Positions 39,723-49,841 are shown, numbered from the stretch's first letter. The stretch: 64,000 nt of DNA from Patescibacteria group bacterium (GCA_038064675.1 JBBTSM010000003.1:38663-102662); one strand, 5' to 3'. A program made the numbers and translations. The notes: generated by a model not told the origin, from the letters alone.

Positions 39723-40052
39723 TCACGGCTTCATCTCATCTGCGGTGTCGAGAATCATTCGCTTCGTGAATCCTCCGCGCTTTTCTGCACGTTCGTGTTT
39801 TGCCTTCAGCACGTCTTCGAAGGTGGATCCTTTCGACTGCGCCATGGCGTCGATGACTTCGAGAACGACGGCGAACTCAGTGAGCGATGGATTCGCAAGA
39901 GATTCGGCGACCTCTTCTGAAAGCTTTTCACGCAACAGTCGATCGTATTCTGCGTCGTCGGCAACATGCCACGTCGCCGATTCTCCGCGTCCAATGATAA
40001 TCTCAGGAATGTTATCGCGAACAAGTTTTCCAAACTGAAGTGTTTTTGTCAT
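39723..40052 (-). CDS. MazG-like / all-alpha nucleoside triphosphate pyrophosphohydrolase family protein
   Basis: KLVRDNIPEII ... EVIDAM ... EKRGGF pattern of PRA-PH/MazG-like NTP-PPases. Start at internal Met 40052 (ATGA overlap with the upstream gene). Confidence 0.55.
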   Translation of the reverse strand: MTKTLQFGKLVRDNIPEIIIGRGESATWHVADDAEYDRLLREKLSEEVAESLANPSLTEFAVVLEVIDAMAQSKGSTFEDVLKAKHERAEKRGGFTKRMILDTADEMKP

Positions 40053-40270
40053 AGACTTTCGATAAAACGGAAACGTGGAACCGACTCTCCGTTTACGACG
40101 ACGTTCTCCGCAAACATTGCTGCTGGCCGAACCCATAAACCGATCAATCCCGTATCGCCGTCAACATGCCTGTAAACTACATGCTCTTCCAACGTCTCCG
40201 AATGTCGGGCAACGCCAATCACCTCGCACCGTCCGCCCTTATAGTGGATGTAAATTCCTGGGATGATCAT
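40049..40270 (-). CDS. DUF1653 domain protein
   Basis: GIYIHYKGGRCEVIGVARHSETLEEHVVYR ... WVRPAAMF ... RFRF matches the DUF1653 pattern. 73 aa. Confidence 0.6.
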   Translation of the reverse strand: MIIPGIYIHYKGGRCEVIGVARHSETLEEHVVYRHVDGDTGLIGLWVRPAAMFAENVVVNGESVPRFRFIESL

Positions 40271-40737
40271 ATCGTTCGATGAAATGCGTAAGATTGCTGA
40301 TTATATTCGCTGGTGGAATACAGTCGAATTCCAAAATCTTGCCAAAGCGCAAAATAGGAAATCCCAACATCGAGCGCCAATCGACTACACACCGTGCAAT
40401 ACGGTTCTCCGGATTGTAGTATTTCTCCTGCGGTATCGACTCTCGTAAAATATAACGTCGATCCTACAATCTCATTCGGATGTGTCCTAAGCGCGTCCAT
40501 AATGGATCGCCATTCGGCATGAATGCAGCACGTCTTGTCTGACTTTTTCTTTTTCATCCAATCATAGTCATCAATTTCACACGTTCGCTGATCTTCGCCA
40601 TTTCCCGCCGGCGAATTCCATCCTTCACCGATAACGAGGTCGTTGTTCACAATAACTGCCCCACACAAATCCTTCCCACACGTTGCGTGCGTTGCCACTT
40701 GTGCAGCAAGAGAAAAGTAGTGTTCATGATTGATCAT
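40267..40737 (-). CDS. dCMP/cytidine deaminase family zinc-dependent deaminase
   Basis: Zinc-binding CIHAE and PYCTVC motifs. N-terminal region resembles ComEB-type dCMP deaminases. ATGA overlap with the DUF1653 gene. Confidence 0.8.
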   Translation of the reverse strand: MINHEHYFSLAAQVATHATCGKDLCGAVIVNNDLVIGEGWNSPAGNGEDQRTCEIDDYDWMKKKKSDKTCCIHAEWRSIMDALRTHPNEIVGSTLYFTRVDTAGEILQSGEPYCTVCSRLALDVGISYFALWQDFGIRLYSTSEYNQQSYAFHRTI

Positions 40738-40740
40738 ATG

Positions 40741-40872
40741 TTATTCAGAAGCAATCCATTCAACGGAACCATGAATTCTACCGTCATCGCAGAAAAGATT
40801 CTCTAGTGTCGCGAGCGTCATTCGCTCGCCGCAAGCAACAGCAGAAATCGCCTCTGATTCGTTAAACGGCAT
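40741..40872 (-). CDS. candidate small ORF (43 aa)
   Basis: Own translation MPFNESEAISAVACGERMTLATLENLF... Its stop lies 3 nt before the deaminase start. Weak. Confidence 0.2.
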   Translation of the reverse strand: MPFNESEAISAVACGERMTLATLENLFCDDGRIHGSVEWIASE

Positions 40873-40947
40873 AGTCGAGGCATCAAATCAGAATAATCAT
40901 CATCATGTTACCAAAAGACTGCCCTATTGGCAGTCTTTTATCCTCAC

Positions 40948-41367
40948 CTATTTCTGCACGGTAATCGTGATATCGTGCGTCATTGGCTGAACAACCTTCA
41001 TGCTGGCAACCATATGATCCCAATACGGTGGGTTGAGATTTTCCCAACGACGGACGTTGACGGTACTGCCATCCGATGAAAAATGCGCTTCTGGCGTTGG
41101 ATCTGGAATAGCTTCTGTAGGACAAATAAGATACGCGTTTCCAGCGCCAGGACCAAGTCGACACGTATCCGGAATCTCAAATTCAACAATTCCACCAATC
41201 GTGACGGTCTGCCAGTCAATCGCCGACGACGCCTCGTCGTCCACCGGAATACCGATATTGTCACTCACGCCAAGATATCGTGCGGTGAAGAATCCAATCA
41301 CCATCGCCACCACTGTCATTGCCACACCAATCAGCACACCCTTCCACACAAGAGATTGCTTGATCAT
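40948..41367 (-). CDS. hypothetical membrane-anchored protein
   Basis: Single N-terminal TM helix (VWKGVLIGVAMTVVAMVIGFF). 140 aa. Confidence 0.45.
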   Translation of the reverse strand: MIKQSLVWKGVLIGVAMTVVAMVIGFFTARYLGVSDNIGIPVDDEASSAIDWQTVTIGGIVEFEIPDTCRLGPGAGNAYLICPTEAIPDPTPEAHFSSDGSTVNVRRWENLNPPYWDHMVASMKVVQPMTHDITITVQK

Positions 41368-41394
41368 ATGCACACAGCATAGCACGAAAAAAGA

Positions 41395-43977
41395 TTAAAA
41401 ATCTCTCATGGCTACAACCGCAATAATATCTGAGAGATTGAACACTTCTTCCGCATCTTTCAATAACAATTGTGGTATGAACTTTTGCAATTCAGCACGC
41501 ACACCAATAATAATCGCCCCTCTGTCGGCACCCAATTCGAGAGCAGCTAACGCCTCATCATTCGCATCAACCTCTGCAGGAATCTTTTTCCATACGTTCA
41601 GGTACATTGGTATCCAATCATTACGGGATTCAGATTTTGCTCTTACTCCTATTTTCGTCCAAACATGTTCTACACGACGACGCAGATCCGCAATTATTCC
41701 GCGAATTCGTTCTGGGCGAAGGTCTTGAGCGGCAAGCTCAACTTGAACAGCACGAACCGCTTCAGTCAAACTCGGAATATGTTTTTCATATAATTCCGCC
41801 AAAGCCTTTTCTTGATCAGTTGGCTTATCTTTTGACTGAGTCTTTGGTTTAGCGCCTAACGTTTTCAATTCGCTAATCACGCCACGTAACGCATCAACTT
41901 CATCAACAAAACCAGCAAGCAATTCCGGAGTCATCTTCTCGGCCTCAGTGAGCTTCGCTTCGGAAGCTACAGAAACATGTTTTATTGTATTTTTTGGCAC
42001 AGGTGCCACTTCAGGTTTTTTACCCCTTGTAAAGGCATCCGCTAATTGATGTGTAGTAAGAACGGCTGACGGATGTCCCGAAACGTTCATGCCCTCTAGT
42101 GTTGTACTTGCGTTCGATGCGACATGATCGAGTGTCGGTTGGGATTGGGGTTTGCTCTGCGTGCTTCTTGGTTGTGCTAAACCATTTGCAACCTCTACGT
42201 CCTCTCTTCTTGGACCCGCCCCCGTCACACCGTTCCAATCGTAAGAAAGGTATCCATACTCTCCTCCCCCTCCTTCGCCGCCAAACAGCGTACCAACGCC
42301 CCGTTCGTTCACCAACCCATATCCGGTCTGTTCTTTTCTATCTCTAACCTCTTGCCAACGAATACACCAATCTGGTTTTTCAACAGTGGCAACAATAAAC
42401 GGATTTCTACCAATCGCAGTTGGAAGATTTCCATCTAATGGAGAGAGCCCCTCACATTGAACCGTATTACTGTATCTACTCCCAAGATTAATGGGAGGTT
42501 TAATACCAACAACCGGCTTGTCGCCCGGCAAAAAGAGCTTCTCTCCTGCTACTTTTTCACCAAAACCCTCACCCGGCTTTCGTCCGAATTTCTCAAAGAT
42601 CTCTGGCTCAACCCCATGGAGAAACCACGGAGCTGGTGTTGCCGGAGCCTCCATCGCCTTTCGGAGCGCACCCTCAGCTTCAGCTTGTGTTTTTCCCACG
42701 ATCACTTCTACTTCCCTACGTCCCCTTAACGTTTCTTCAATGTTGGAACGCAGTTGCTGAATGTAATCGCGGTATACCTGGATGTCTGCACGCAAAGATT
42801 CTCTATTCTCAGACCGCCTGTCTACACTCGGCGCAACAGTAGCCACACGTGCCGAGCGTGCTCGCACATGAAGCGCTTCTATTTCTTCAGAAAGCTCATG
42901 AAACGTTGCGCTGATCTGGCGTCTTTCATTCCACTCAGCATTCAATTCTTCAAGTTTTGCAGCGTCATCTACACGCCATCGATCTTCATACGTTTTCCGT
43001 ACATCCTCGAGTGCTTGGCGATATTGAGAGCGCCATCTCTCGGGTTCAGTAAATATTCTCCCATCAATCTTTAGATTGACAATGGGATCATGCCCACTCA
43101 AGATTTCCTTGAGCGTCTTTTTCCGTTCTTCAAGCAATCTGCTTCGTATTTCTTCAGCAGTATCCTCTGGAGCCTTACCGTGTTCTGATAGGAAAAACGA
43201 CTTCCTCCCACCGGGTAAACCCGGAATCCACATCAGAGGACGTTCATCTTTCGGCGCCAACCCAACCGTCAAAAAATACTGGATAACTGTTGTATCACGG
43301 TAGCCGCCAGTCTCAAACGTATCGCCATGAAAGCTCGAGGTAGCCCGTTCCTGTCCTCTTCCTTCTTTTGAATCAACGGACAGCTCTCCCGGCGCTTCTA
43401 AATCAACAATATCTGCACGAATACTGGCTATAGTCCTTTCTTGTTCTTCTATGTCTCGTTCAATAGTGGCTCTTGCTAAGTTCTCAGGATTTGGAATGAG
43501 CAAACGCGCCATTTCCAATACCCTTGCTTGCACCGCCGTGCTCAGCAGATCGAATGTTTCAGTAAGCTCCGGAAGTCCTGTGTGCGAAATCCACACAATT
43601 TCCTCCGGATATATTGCTCCCGGAATATCATCGAATTCCAATTCTACACAGACTGATTGATCTTTTGCCACGATTCTTTCTGTAAGATGCGTTTTCCAAT
43701 GCGTTGAGAGACGTGCTTCTTCAGATGAAATTTCTTTAACGCCCTGTGGGTACGTCAGTGCTATGCGGTCGCTACGTAACGTCGTAACGCTCTGTGGCTC
43801 ACCAAAGGTATCAAAGAAGCTTGGACCAGCAGCATCCAGGCGCCTTTCCCATAACCACTTTGTGCGCTCGTCCATCGATACGCCTTCTAAACCTCGAGGC
43901 ATGTTCCTTGTATTGACTGGATTCGGCATAGAATTGAAATATACTTTGTATTGTACCAAATCCTCGTTGCGACGCAT
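41395..43977 (-). CDS. large hypothetical protein (860 aa), no recognisable domain
   Basis: Long uninterrupted ORF, coiled-coil-rich (RSNIEETLRGRREVEV...), with a Gly-rich stretch GGEGGGGEYGYLSYDW. No signal peptide or TM helix. Confidence 0.7.
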   Translation of the reverse strand: MRRNEDLVQYKVYFNSMPNPVNTRNMPRGLEGVSMDERTKWLWERRLDAAGPSFFDTFGEPQSVTTLRSDRIALTYPQGVKEISSEEARLSTHWKTHLTERIVAKDQSVCVELEFDDIPGAIYPEEIVWISHTGLPELTETFDLLSTAVQARVLEMARLLIPNPENLARATIERDIEEQERTIASIRADIVDLEAPGELSVDSKEGRGQERATSSFHGDTFETGGYRDTTVIQYFLTVGLAPKDERPLMWIPGLPGGRKSFFLSEHGKAPEDTAEEIRSRLLEERKKTLKEILSGHDPIVNLKIDGRIFTEPERWRSQYRQALEDVRKTYEDRWRVDDAAKLEELNAEWNERRQISATFHELSEEIEALHVRARSARVATVAPSVDRRSENRESLRADIQVYRDYIQQLRSNIEETLRGRREVEVIVGKTQAEAEGALRKAMEAPATPAPWFLHGVEPEIFEKFGRKPGEGFGEKVAGEKLFLPGDKPVVGIKPPINLGSRYSNTVQCEGLSPLDGNLPTAIGRNPFIVATVEKPDWCIRWQEVRDRKEQTGYGLVNERGVGTLFGGEGGGGEYGYLSYDWNGVTGAGPRREDVEVANGLAQPRSTQSKPQSQPTLDHVASNASTTLEGMNVSGHPSAVLTTHQLADAFTRGKKPEVAPVPKNTIKHVSVASEAKLTEAEKMTPELLAGFVDEVDALRGVISELKTLGAKPKTQSKDKPTDQEKALAELYEKHIPSLTEAVRAVQVELAAQDLRPERIRGIIADLRRRVEHVWTKIGVRAKSESRNDWIPMYLNVWKKIPAEVDANDEALAALELGADRGAIIIGVRAELQKFIPQLLLKDAEEVFNLSDIIAVVAMRDF

Positions 43978-44033
43978 GACTAATCCGTGTAATGGTTTTC
44001 AGGTTCAAAATAAAAAGTTACGCACGCAATTTT

Positions 44034-44498
44034 CTACCGCACACGCTGCCGATCGTAGCCAAAATGCACTTCATCAATAAGCTCAATTCGCGTTGGACGA
44101 AGCACGTACCATTGGTGATCTTCGAGAACGACGAAATCCCCAGCAGGCTCTGGCTTATTTCGTTTCCGGAAGTGCTTCACCACAATCTCGCGAGGCACAG
44201 AATCGATTACCTCCGCCACTCCACTCATCTGCACCCCACGATCCGGCTCCCCCGGCCTCATCGTCGCCGTTATCGCTGCCGCGACATTCGGATTCTTTAC
44301 GATCGCCAACGAATGCCTTCGATTCACCGAACTCATCCAATACACACTGAACTCATCGTCATGAACAAAAATCACATCCGCCACCCAAACGCCCTCCTCA
44401 TCGGAAACGCCGAGGGACATCAAATATGAAGAATCGAGGGCCTCGTGTGTAAGAGCAATAAGATCATTCATACCTTCGTGGAACAAGCGTCGCACCAT
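44034..44498 (-). CDS. PNPOx-like FMN-binding split-barrel family protein (putative)
   Basis: 154-aa pattern reminiscent of the general-stress-26 / pyridoxamine-phosphate-oxidase-like fold. Low specificity. Confidence 0.35.
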   Translation of the reverse strand: MVRRLFHEGMNDLIALTHEALDSSYLMSLGVSDEEGVWVADVIFVHDDEFSVYWMSSVNRRHSLAIVKNPNVAAAITATMRPGEPDRGVQMSGVAEVIDSVPREIVVKHFRKRNKPEPAGDFVVLEDHQWYVLRPTRIELIDEVHFGYDRQRVR

Positions 44499-45087
44499 TC
44501 TGATACGCCTTCATGAAGTGATCTATAGAAACACGATGGCCTGGTCGCGGGGGCAGGCCAGGATCGTGAAAAGTAACTTCGTCACCTTGAATGTCGTACA
44601 CCAAGATTGCGTGTCCAGCGTTATTGTCGACACCGTGCAAAATACCGAAATGCACGAATGCGATAATAAAATACTCCTGAAGCATCACTCGCATCTGTTC
44701 CGCGCTCAATGCCTGAATCGCGAGTAAACCTGCATCGATCATCTCTTGAGCGTCTTTGTGTTCTCGTTCGAATCCCGGCGTCGCATGTGCCTCTTGATCT
44801 GCTACCCATTTTTCATTCCCCCGATAATACTCAAGTAAATACTCGTGACTATTTTTTACAAACTGATGATAATCAAAATTCGTCCAGTATTTTGTTCCGG
44901 GGAACATTCCATTCAGATTGATGATGCTTCTCGGCGGCCATGTATATAGTCCAGGCGTAAATCCCGTTATTGCGTTCGCTTCTTCCCACGAAATCTGTTT
45001 TCCCAACGCCTCACACACCATTCGAATACACGCCTGCGAGCAATGCAGGTCATCGGGAAGATTGGAGTAGAAGGCTGGTTCGAGCAT
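44464..45087 (-). CDS. papain-like cysteine peptidase family protein (C39/BtrH_N-like), putative
   Basis: Candidate catalytic Cys in CSQACIRMV and His in GHAILVYD, about 130 aa apart as in papain-fold enzymes. Confidence 0.35.
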   Translation of the reverse strand: MLEPAFYSNLPDDLHCSQACIRMVCEALGKQISWEEANAITGFTPGLYTWPPRSIINLNGMFPGTKYWTNFDYHQFVKNSHEYLLEYYRGNEKWVADQEAHATPGFEREHKDAQEMIDAGLLAIQALSAEQMRVMLQEYFIIAFVHFGILHGVDNNAGHAILVYDIQGDEVTFHDPGLPPRPGHRVSIDHFMKAYQNGATLVPRRYE

Positions 45088-45123
45088 AGGTTTTCCGACA
45101 GATACAAACCTGTCTTGAGATAT

Positions 45124-45450
45124 TTATCCATTTGCCAAAACAAATCGTACGACCTTCATCATCGAATTCCAGTCCACGCCGCCGTCGTAATACCCCTGAT
45201 ACGTTGCAAGCATGATTTCGTTGTTCTCAAACGGTTCGTGACCAAACCGATCGCTTTCTGAAACAGCGTGAAAGGGCTTTTCTGAAATTTCTACCACTCG
45301 GGCATGTCCAAAAATCTTTCCGTCCTCATAACATAATCGCAATTTGTCACCGACAGAAATATTTTTGTCATCAAAGAATCTCCATGTAACCGTTTTCGTT
45401 CCCGCAAGAATCATGTCAGCGAGTTCTTTCCGAAACTTCAGTCGTTTCAT
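45124..45450 (-). CDS. ASCH (PUA-like) domain protein
   Basis: RLKFRKELADMILAGTKTVTWR, the N-terminal ASCH signature. 108 aa. Confidence 0.65.
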   Translation of the reverse strand: MKRLKFRKELADMILAGTKTVTWRFFDDKNISVGDKLRLCYEDGKIFGHARVVEISEKPFHAVSESDRFGHEPFENNEIMLATYQGYYDGGVDWNSMMKVVRFVLANG

Positions 45451-45453
45451 ATC

Positions 45454-45762
45454 TTACTCTAAGGAATACACATCAATTACCGGCTCTTCGTACGGATGAA
45501 CCGCCTTGATCGCTGCGATGATTCCTGCAACGCCTTCGCGAGTACAACTAATTTCGATTCGCTCCTCCTCGACCACTTCCAATGTTCCGACCTCGCCGAT
45601 CGCCGGATTCGCACCATCAAGCGGCAAGAATCTTCCAACCCCTTTCGTTGAGAAACTGCAGTATCCATAATTCCCCACACGATCGAGTCCCGTCTTTCCG
45701 ATCGTATCACGAACAATATCGGCGTGAGTGACGGGAACGGTGACGATGAGCTTAAGATTCAT
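45454..45762 (-). CDS. small PII/CutA/Nif3-insert-like fold protein (putative)
   Basis: 102 aa ending ...AIKAVHPYEEPVIDV, which recalls the HPYE motif of the CutA1/Nif3 insert domain. Weak. Confidence 0.3.
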   Translation of the reverse strand: MNLKLIVTVPVTHADIVRDTIGKTGLDRVGNYGYCSFSTKGVGRFLPLDGANPAIGEVGTLEVVEEERIEISCTREGVAGIIAAIKAVHPYEEPVIDVYSLE

Positions 45763-45771
45763 ACGTCTATT

Positions 45772-46659
45772 TTAAACTCCCACGGGGGTCAAGGCGCTAT
45801 TTAGCAAGGTGGCGCTACAGACTTCAAAATCCGAAAAATCTGTCATAGAAAAGTCTGTTGCCTTTGGCGAGAAATACGCCACGCTAACCGGAGCCTGCTT
45901 CATAAAAAAACAGAATGTCTCTTGCGTAACCGGACATTTTGATGGGTCTGGGCTTTCTGTTAAAGGCGAATGATGAGTCAGCATCCGCCTCACAATCCAA
46001 ACTACACAATCGGCAACTTGCAACATCAACGATTCATTCGATGGGACATAATGAAGATTGCTCATCAAAAATACAGCCCTTGATTCAAAATCAAATTTCG
46101 AAACACGCGATCTCCCTCCGCTCGAAGAGATTGAGCGCCAGGCAACCATATTGGACAGTAAAGCAGAAACTTCTCGCTCATCTTGAGAGCTCGCGTCTTC
46201 TTTCCCGTTCATTTTGTCGAAAATCAAAATCCCATTTTGATTTGCCGCCGCTAGCTTGTACTCAAGAATATGAATCATCGCGTGCGCGGCCATCTTCTTT
46301 TTCTCAAACTGGATTTTTGGCTCCAATCCTTTTTGTTTCACATCAATTCCCAAAACAAGCGGGCACGACATCTTTGACAGTAGCTGAAGCAGCTCTTCGA
46401 AAAACTCCTTTACGACCTTTACGTCTCTAGCGCCGCTCATCGCCGCGTTCCAGAGCTCATGAGCATGGATCTCATTCTTGCTCCAATCGCTAATCCCCAA
46501 TTTGTGGTTTACGAGCTCCGCGAACATTCGCTCAAGATGATGATACTTATTCTCGTGAACCATGAGACCCCCAAAAATGATATAAGGGCCGTCACTAAAA
46601 ATTCCCGATCCATCGGTCTTAAAGTTAATACCTGATTCGTCCGTATGTACTAAAAACAT
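45772..46659 (-). CDS. DUF3800 domain protein
   Basis: N-terminal HTDESG and C-terminal LQVADCVVW resemble the DUF3800 conserved motifs. Confidence 0.6.
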   Translation of the reverse strand: MFLVHTDESGINFKTDGSGIFSDGPYIIFGGLMVHENKYHHLERMFAELVNHKLGISDWSKNEIHAHELWNAAMSGARDVKVVKEFFEELLQLLSKMSCPLVLGIDVKQKGLEPKIQFEKKKMAAHAMIHILEYKLAAANQNGILIFDKMNGKEDASSQDEREVSALLSNMVAWRSISSSGGRSRVSKFDFESRAVFLMSNLHYVPSNESLMLQVADCVVWIVRRMLTHHSPLTESPDPSKCPVTQETFCFFMKQAPVSVAYFSPKATDFSMTDFSDFEVCSATLLNSALTPVGV

Positions 46660-46662
46660 ACA

Positions 46663-49497
46663 TTATTTCCCATGACACTTCTTGAACTTCTTTCCGCTTC
46701 CGCAATAACATGGTTCGTTGGGACGAGGTTTCTTGGAAACTGAATCACCTGCGAGAGATGCTTCGCTTTCGCTCAGCATGACTGAGTCGGATGGAGAAGC
46801 GGGATTCGATTCGGCTACTGCCGACTGCCCACTGCCTACTGCCCGACTCGGCACATCAATCACCGTTGTATCGCCGCTGGATTGCTGCGAGAGGAATTGC
46901 ACTGCATTACGGATCAGCTGCGGAGCGTTTTCCATGATGTGCTTTGCGGCGAGGTGTTGGTCGATGATTTTGAAGAGATTGTAGGCAACTTCGCGGCCGA
47001 GTTCGGAACGCATGGCGTTATACAGACGGTAGGATTCGCGTTTGTATTCCACGAGAGGATCGCGCTGAGCGTAGCCTTGAAGACCGATGGTACGGCGCAA
47101 GTAGGTCATGTCATCAAGGTGCTGCATCCACAGCGTGTCGTTGGCGCGCAGCAAAATATTACGCTCAAGCGCCATGAGGTGCTTTGCGTCACCAAATTTT
47201 TCCACGGCACCGTCGTATGCGCGGCGGATTGCACCATTCACGACTTCGATAACATGAGTTCGCTGATGCGCGAGCTTTTCTTTGTCGATGGACAATGCTC
47301 CGAGCTCCTCGCGAATTGCCGACGACTCTGTCTCTTCGAGTTTCACGATCGTACTGAGGCTCTCAACGATTTCCTGCGGATCCCAATCAGGCTTTCCTGC
47401 AGCTTCATCCTCGACGAAGTCTTTCGGCACATCGGCCTCTGCCTTGCTTGTATGGAAGAACACCACGCGCTCGATTTCCTTCTCGATAATTGTATGGACG
47501 AGTTCGTGCGCCTTTTCCTCGCTCTTCATCACTTCCTTGCGCTCGTTGTACACGGCAGTGCGATGCTTATTCAGCACGTCGTCGTATTCCAACACGTGTT
47601 TACGCGTATCAAAATGGTGGCCCTCCACGCGCTGCTGGGATTTTTCGAGCGCCTTTGTGACCATCTTGCTTTCAATTGGCGTTGCGTCGTCAATGCCAAG
47701 TTTATCCATCATGCCCTTCACGCGATCGCTACCGAAGATACGCATCAAATCGTCGTCGAGTGACACAAAGAACTGCGTGCTACCCGGATCACCCTGTCGG
47801 CCTGCGCGACCACGAAGCTGATTATCAATACGGCGTGATTCATGACGCTCTGTGCCAATCACGTGCAACCCGCCGAGCTTCTTCACCTCTTCTGCCATTG
47901 CCGCATCAACCGGGTTTCCTCCAAGCAGAATGTCCACACCACGACCAGCCATGTTTGTGGCGAGCGTCACGGCGCCTCGTCGTCCGGCCTGTGCAATGAT
48001 TTCACCTTCACGCTCGTGATTCTTCGCGTTGAGTGTGTTGTGAATCACGCCCGCTGCGGTGAGAAACTTCGAAAGCGACTCGTTCTTATCAATAGACACG
48101 GTTCCGATGAGCACTGGTTGTCCGATTTCGTTCAAACGTTTCACTTCCTCAACCACCGCCATCCACTTTCCCATTTCATTTTTGTAGATACGATCTGGCA
48201 AATCTTTGCGCCGTGCTTCGTGGTTCGTTGGAATCGTAACAACATCAAGTTTGTAAATCTTCGCAAACTCCTCGGCTTCCGTGCTAGCAGTTCCGGTCAT
48301 TCCAGAAAGCTTCTCGTACATGCGGAAATAGTTCTGGAACGTAATGGTTGCAAGCGTCTTGCTCTCGCGTTGAATTTTTACGCCTTCTTTTGCTTCGATA
48401 GCCTGATGAAGGCCTTCCGAATATCGACGGCCCTCCATGATACGACCAGTAAATTCATCCACGATCAGCACTTCGCCGGTACGAACAACATAATCGCGAT
48501 CCACCTTAAACAAGGAGTGTGCTTTTAACGCCTGCTCGGCATGATGCACCATCGCCAACCCTTCTTCGTACAAATTCTTGACGTTCAACAAGCGTTCCAG
48601 CTTTTGCAAACCATTTTCGGTAAACGTGGATACGCGCATCTTCTCGTCAATGTTGAAATCCTCACCCTCAACGCAATTCTTAATGACGTCGGCGAATCGA
48701 TAGTACAGATCCGTCGATTCCTGCGCTGCCGCAGAAATGATCAACGGTGTACGCGCCTCGTCGATAAGAATCGAATCGACTTCGTCCACGATTGCGTAAT
48801 GTAATCCACGCTGAACAACTTCCTCCGCGCGGCTCGCCATGTTGTCGCGCAAGTAGTCGAAACCAAATTCATTGTTCGTGCCATACGTGACATCGGCAGC
48901 GTACGCTTCCGATCGACTCACTGGACGAAGCGAATCGGATGCGACATGGAATCCTGCAACCGTCTCCGCGCCTTCTGCTGGAACTTCGACTTTAAAATCC
49001 GCATCGTACACGTAACCACTTTCGTGCTGAATACACGCAACAGTTAATCCGAGCGACGCAAACACACGGCCCATCCACACAGAATCGCGCTTTGCCAAGT
49101 AGTCGTTCACCGTCACGAGGTGAACGCCCTTTCCGGTAAGCGCATTCAAGTACGTCGGCGCCGTTGCCGTAAGCGTTTTCCCCTCACCCGTTCGCATTTC
49201 GGCAATTGCGCCGCGGTGCAACGTGAGCCCGCCCATCATCTGCACGTCAAAATGCCGCTGGCCAAGCACGCGCTTACTCGCCTCACGAACCACAGCAAAG
49301 GCCTCGTGCGCCATGGAATCGAGCGTTTCTCCATTTGCCAGCCGCTCACGGAACGCCTGTGTTTTTGCCTTTAACTCGTCGGCGGAAAGCTTTTGAAGAC
49401 CTTCTTCAAAGGCGGCGATCTTTTCTGCGTCTTTCCGAAGACTTTTAACAATTTTTGCGTTTGGGTCACCGAAAATCGTGGAAAGGGAGAAGGCCAT
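46663..49497 (-). CDS. secA: preprotein translocase ATPase SecA
   Basis: DEAD-like motor motifs and the C-terminal zinc-binding CYCGSGKKFKKCHG. 944 aa. Confidence 0.95.
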   Translation of the reverse strand: MAFSLSTIFGDPNAKIVKSLRKDAEKIAAFEEGLQKLSADELKAKTQAFRERLANGETLDSMAHEAFAVVREASKRVLGQRHFDVQMMGGLTLHRGAIAEMRTGEGKTLTATAPTYLNALTGKGVHLVTVNDYLAKRDSVWMGRVFASLGLTVACIQHESGYVYDADFKVEVPAEGAETVAGFHVASDSLRPVSRSEAYAADVTYGTNNEFGFDYLRDNMASRAEEVVQRGLHYAIVDEVDSILIDEARTPLIISAAAQESTDLYYRFADVIKNCVEGEDFNIDEKMRVSTFTENGLQKLERLLNVKNLYEEGLAMVHHAEQALKAHSLFKVDRDYVVRTGEVLIVDEFTGRIMEGRRYSEGLHQAIEAKEGVKIQRESKTLATITFQNYFRMYEKLSGMTGTASTEAEEFAKIYKLDVVTIPTNHEARRKDLPDRIYKNEMGKWMAVVEEVKRLNEIGQPVLIGTVSIDKNESLSKFLTAAGVIHNTLNAKNHEREGEIIAQAGRRGAVTLATNMAGRGVDILLGGNPVDAAMAEEVKKLGGLHVIGTERHESRRIDNQLRGRAGRQGDPGSTQFFVSLDDDLMRIFGSDRVKGMMDKLGIDDATPIESKMVTKALEKSQQRVEGHHFDTRKHVLEYDDVLNKHRTAVYNERKEVMKSEEKAHELVHTIIEKEIERVVFFHTSKAEADVPKDFVEDEAAGKPDWDPQEIVESLSTIVKLEETESSAIREELGALSIDKEKLAHQRTHVIEVVNGAIRRAYDGAVEKFGDAKHLMALERNILLRANDTLWMQHLDDMTYLRRTIGLQGYAQRDPLVEYKRESYRLYNAMRSELGREVAYNLFKIIDQHLAAKHIMENAPQLIRNAVQFLSQQSSGDTTVIDVPSRAVGSGQSAVAESNPASPSDSVMLSESEASLAGDSVSKKPRPNEPCYCGSGKKFKKCHGK

Positions 49498-49841
49498 AGA
49501 TGGCCAAATTGTGCCAGAACTCAGCCGATTTCACAAGGAAAGAATGTTGACGAAGAGCCGGAAATGCGCTAATCTTAGCGCGCACGTCGAAGTCCGTGGG
49601 CAACGATCGATCCTCCGGAGTCACGCATGTTCCTCTTTCCGGTGAACTCGATCAACATCAGCAACTCCAAGATCGACGGCTGCGTACTCACCGGCAGTGC
49701 CATCGACATCGGCGAGTTCTTCCTCACCATGCCGAAAGCAAGATCCTAGCCCCAACGACGCGCGCCGCCTCCCCTTCTTGGGTCGAGGCGGCGTGGTGCG
49801 TTTTAGGGTGTCAATCGTTGACGAAAGCCTAAAAATATACA

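Noticed and set aside
42190-42300. G-rich segment (ggagggggaggagag) in the 860-aa protein as another palindromic-element copy
   Set aside because: It lacks the ccccctccgac flank and the TTCGTAAGG/ATAAAT hairpin core. The resemblance is limited to G-runs.
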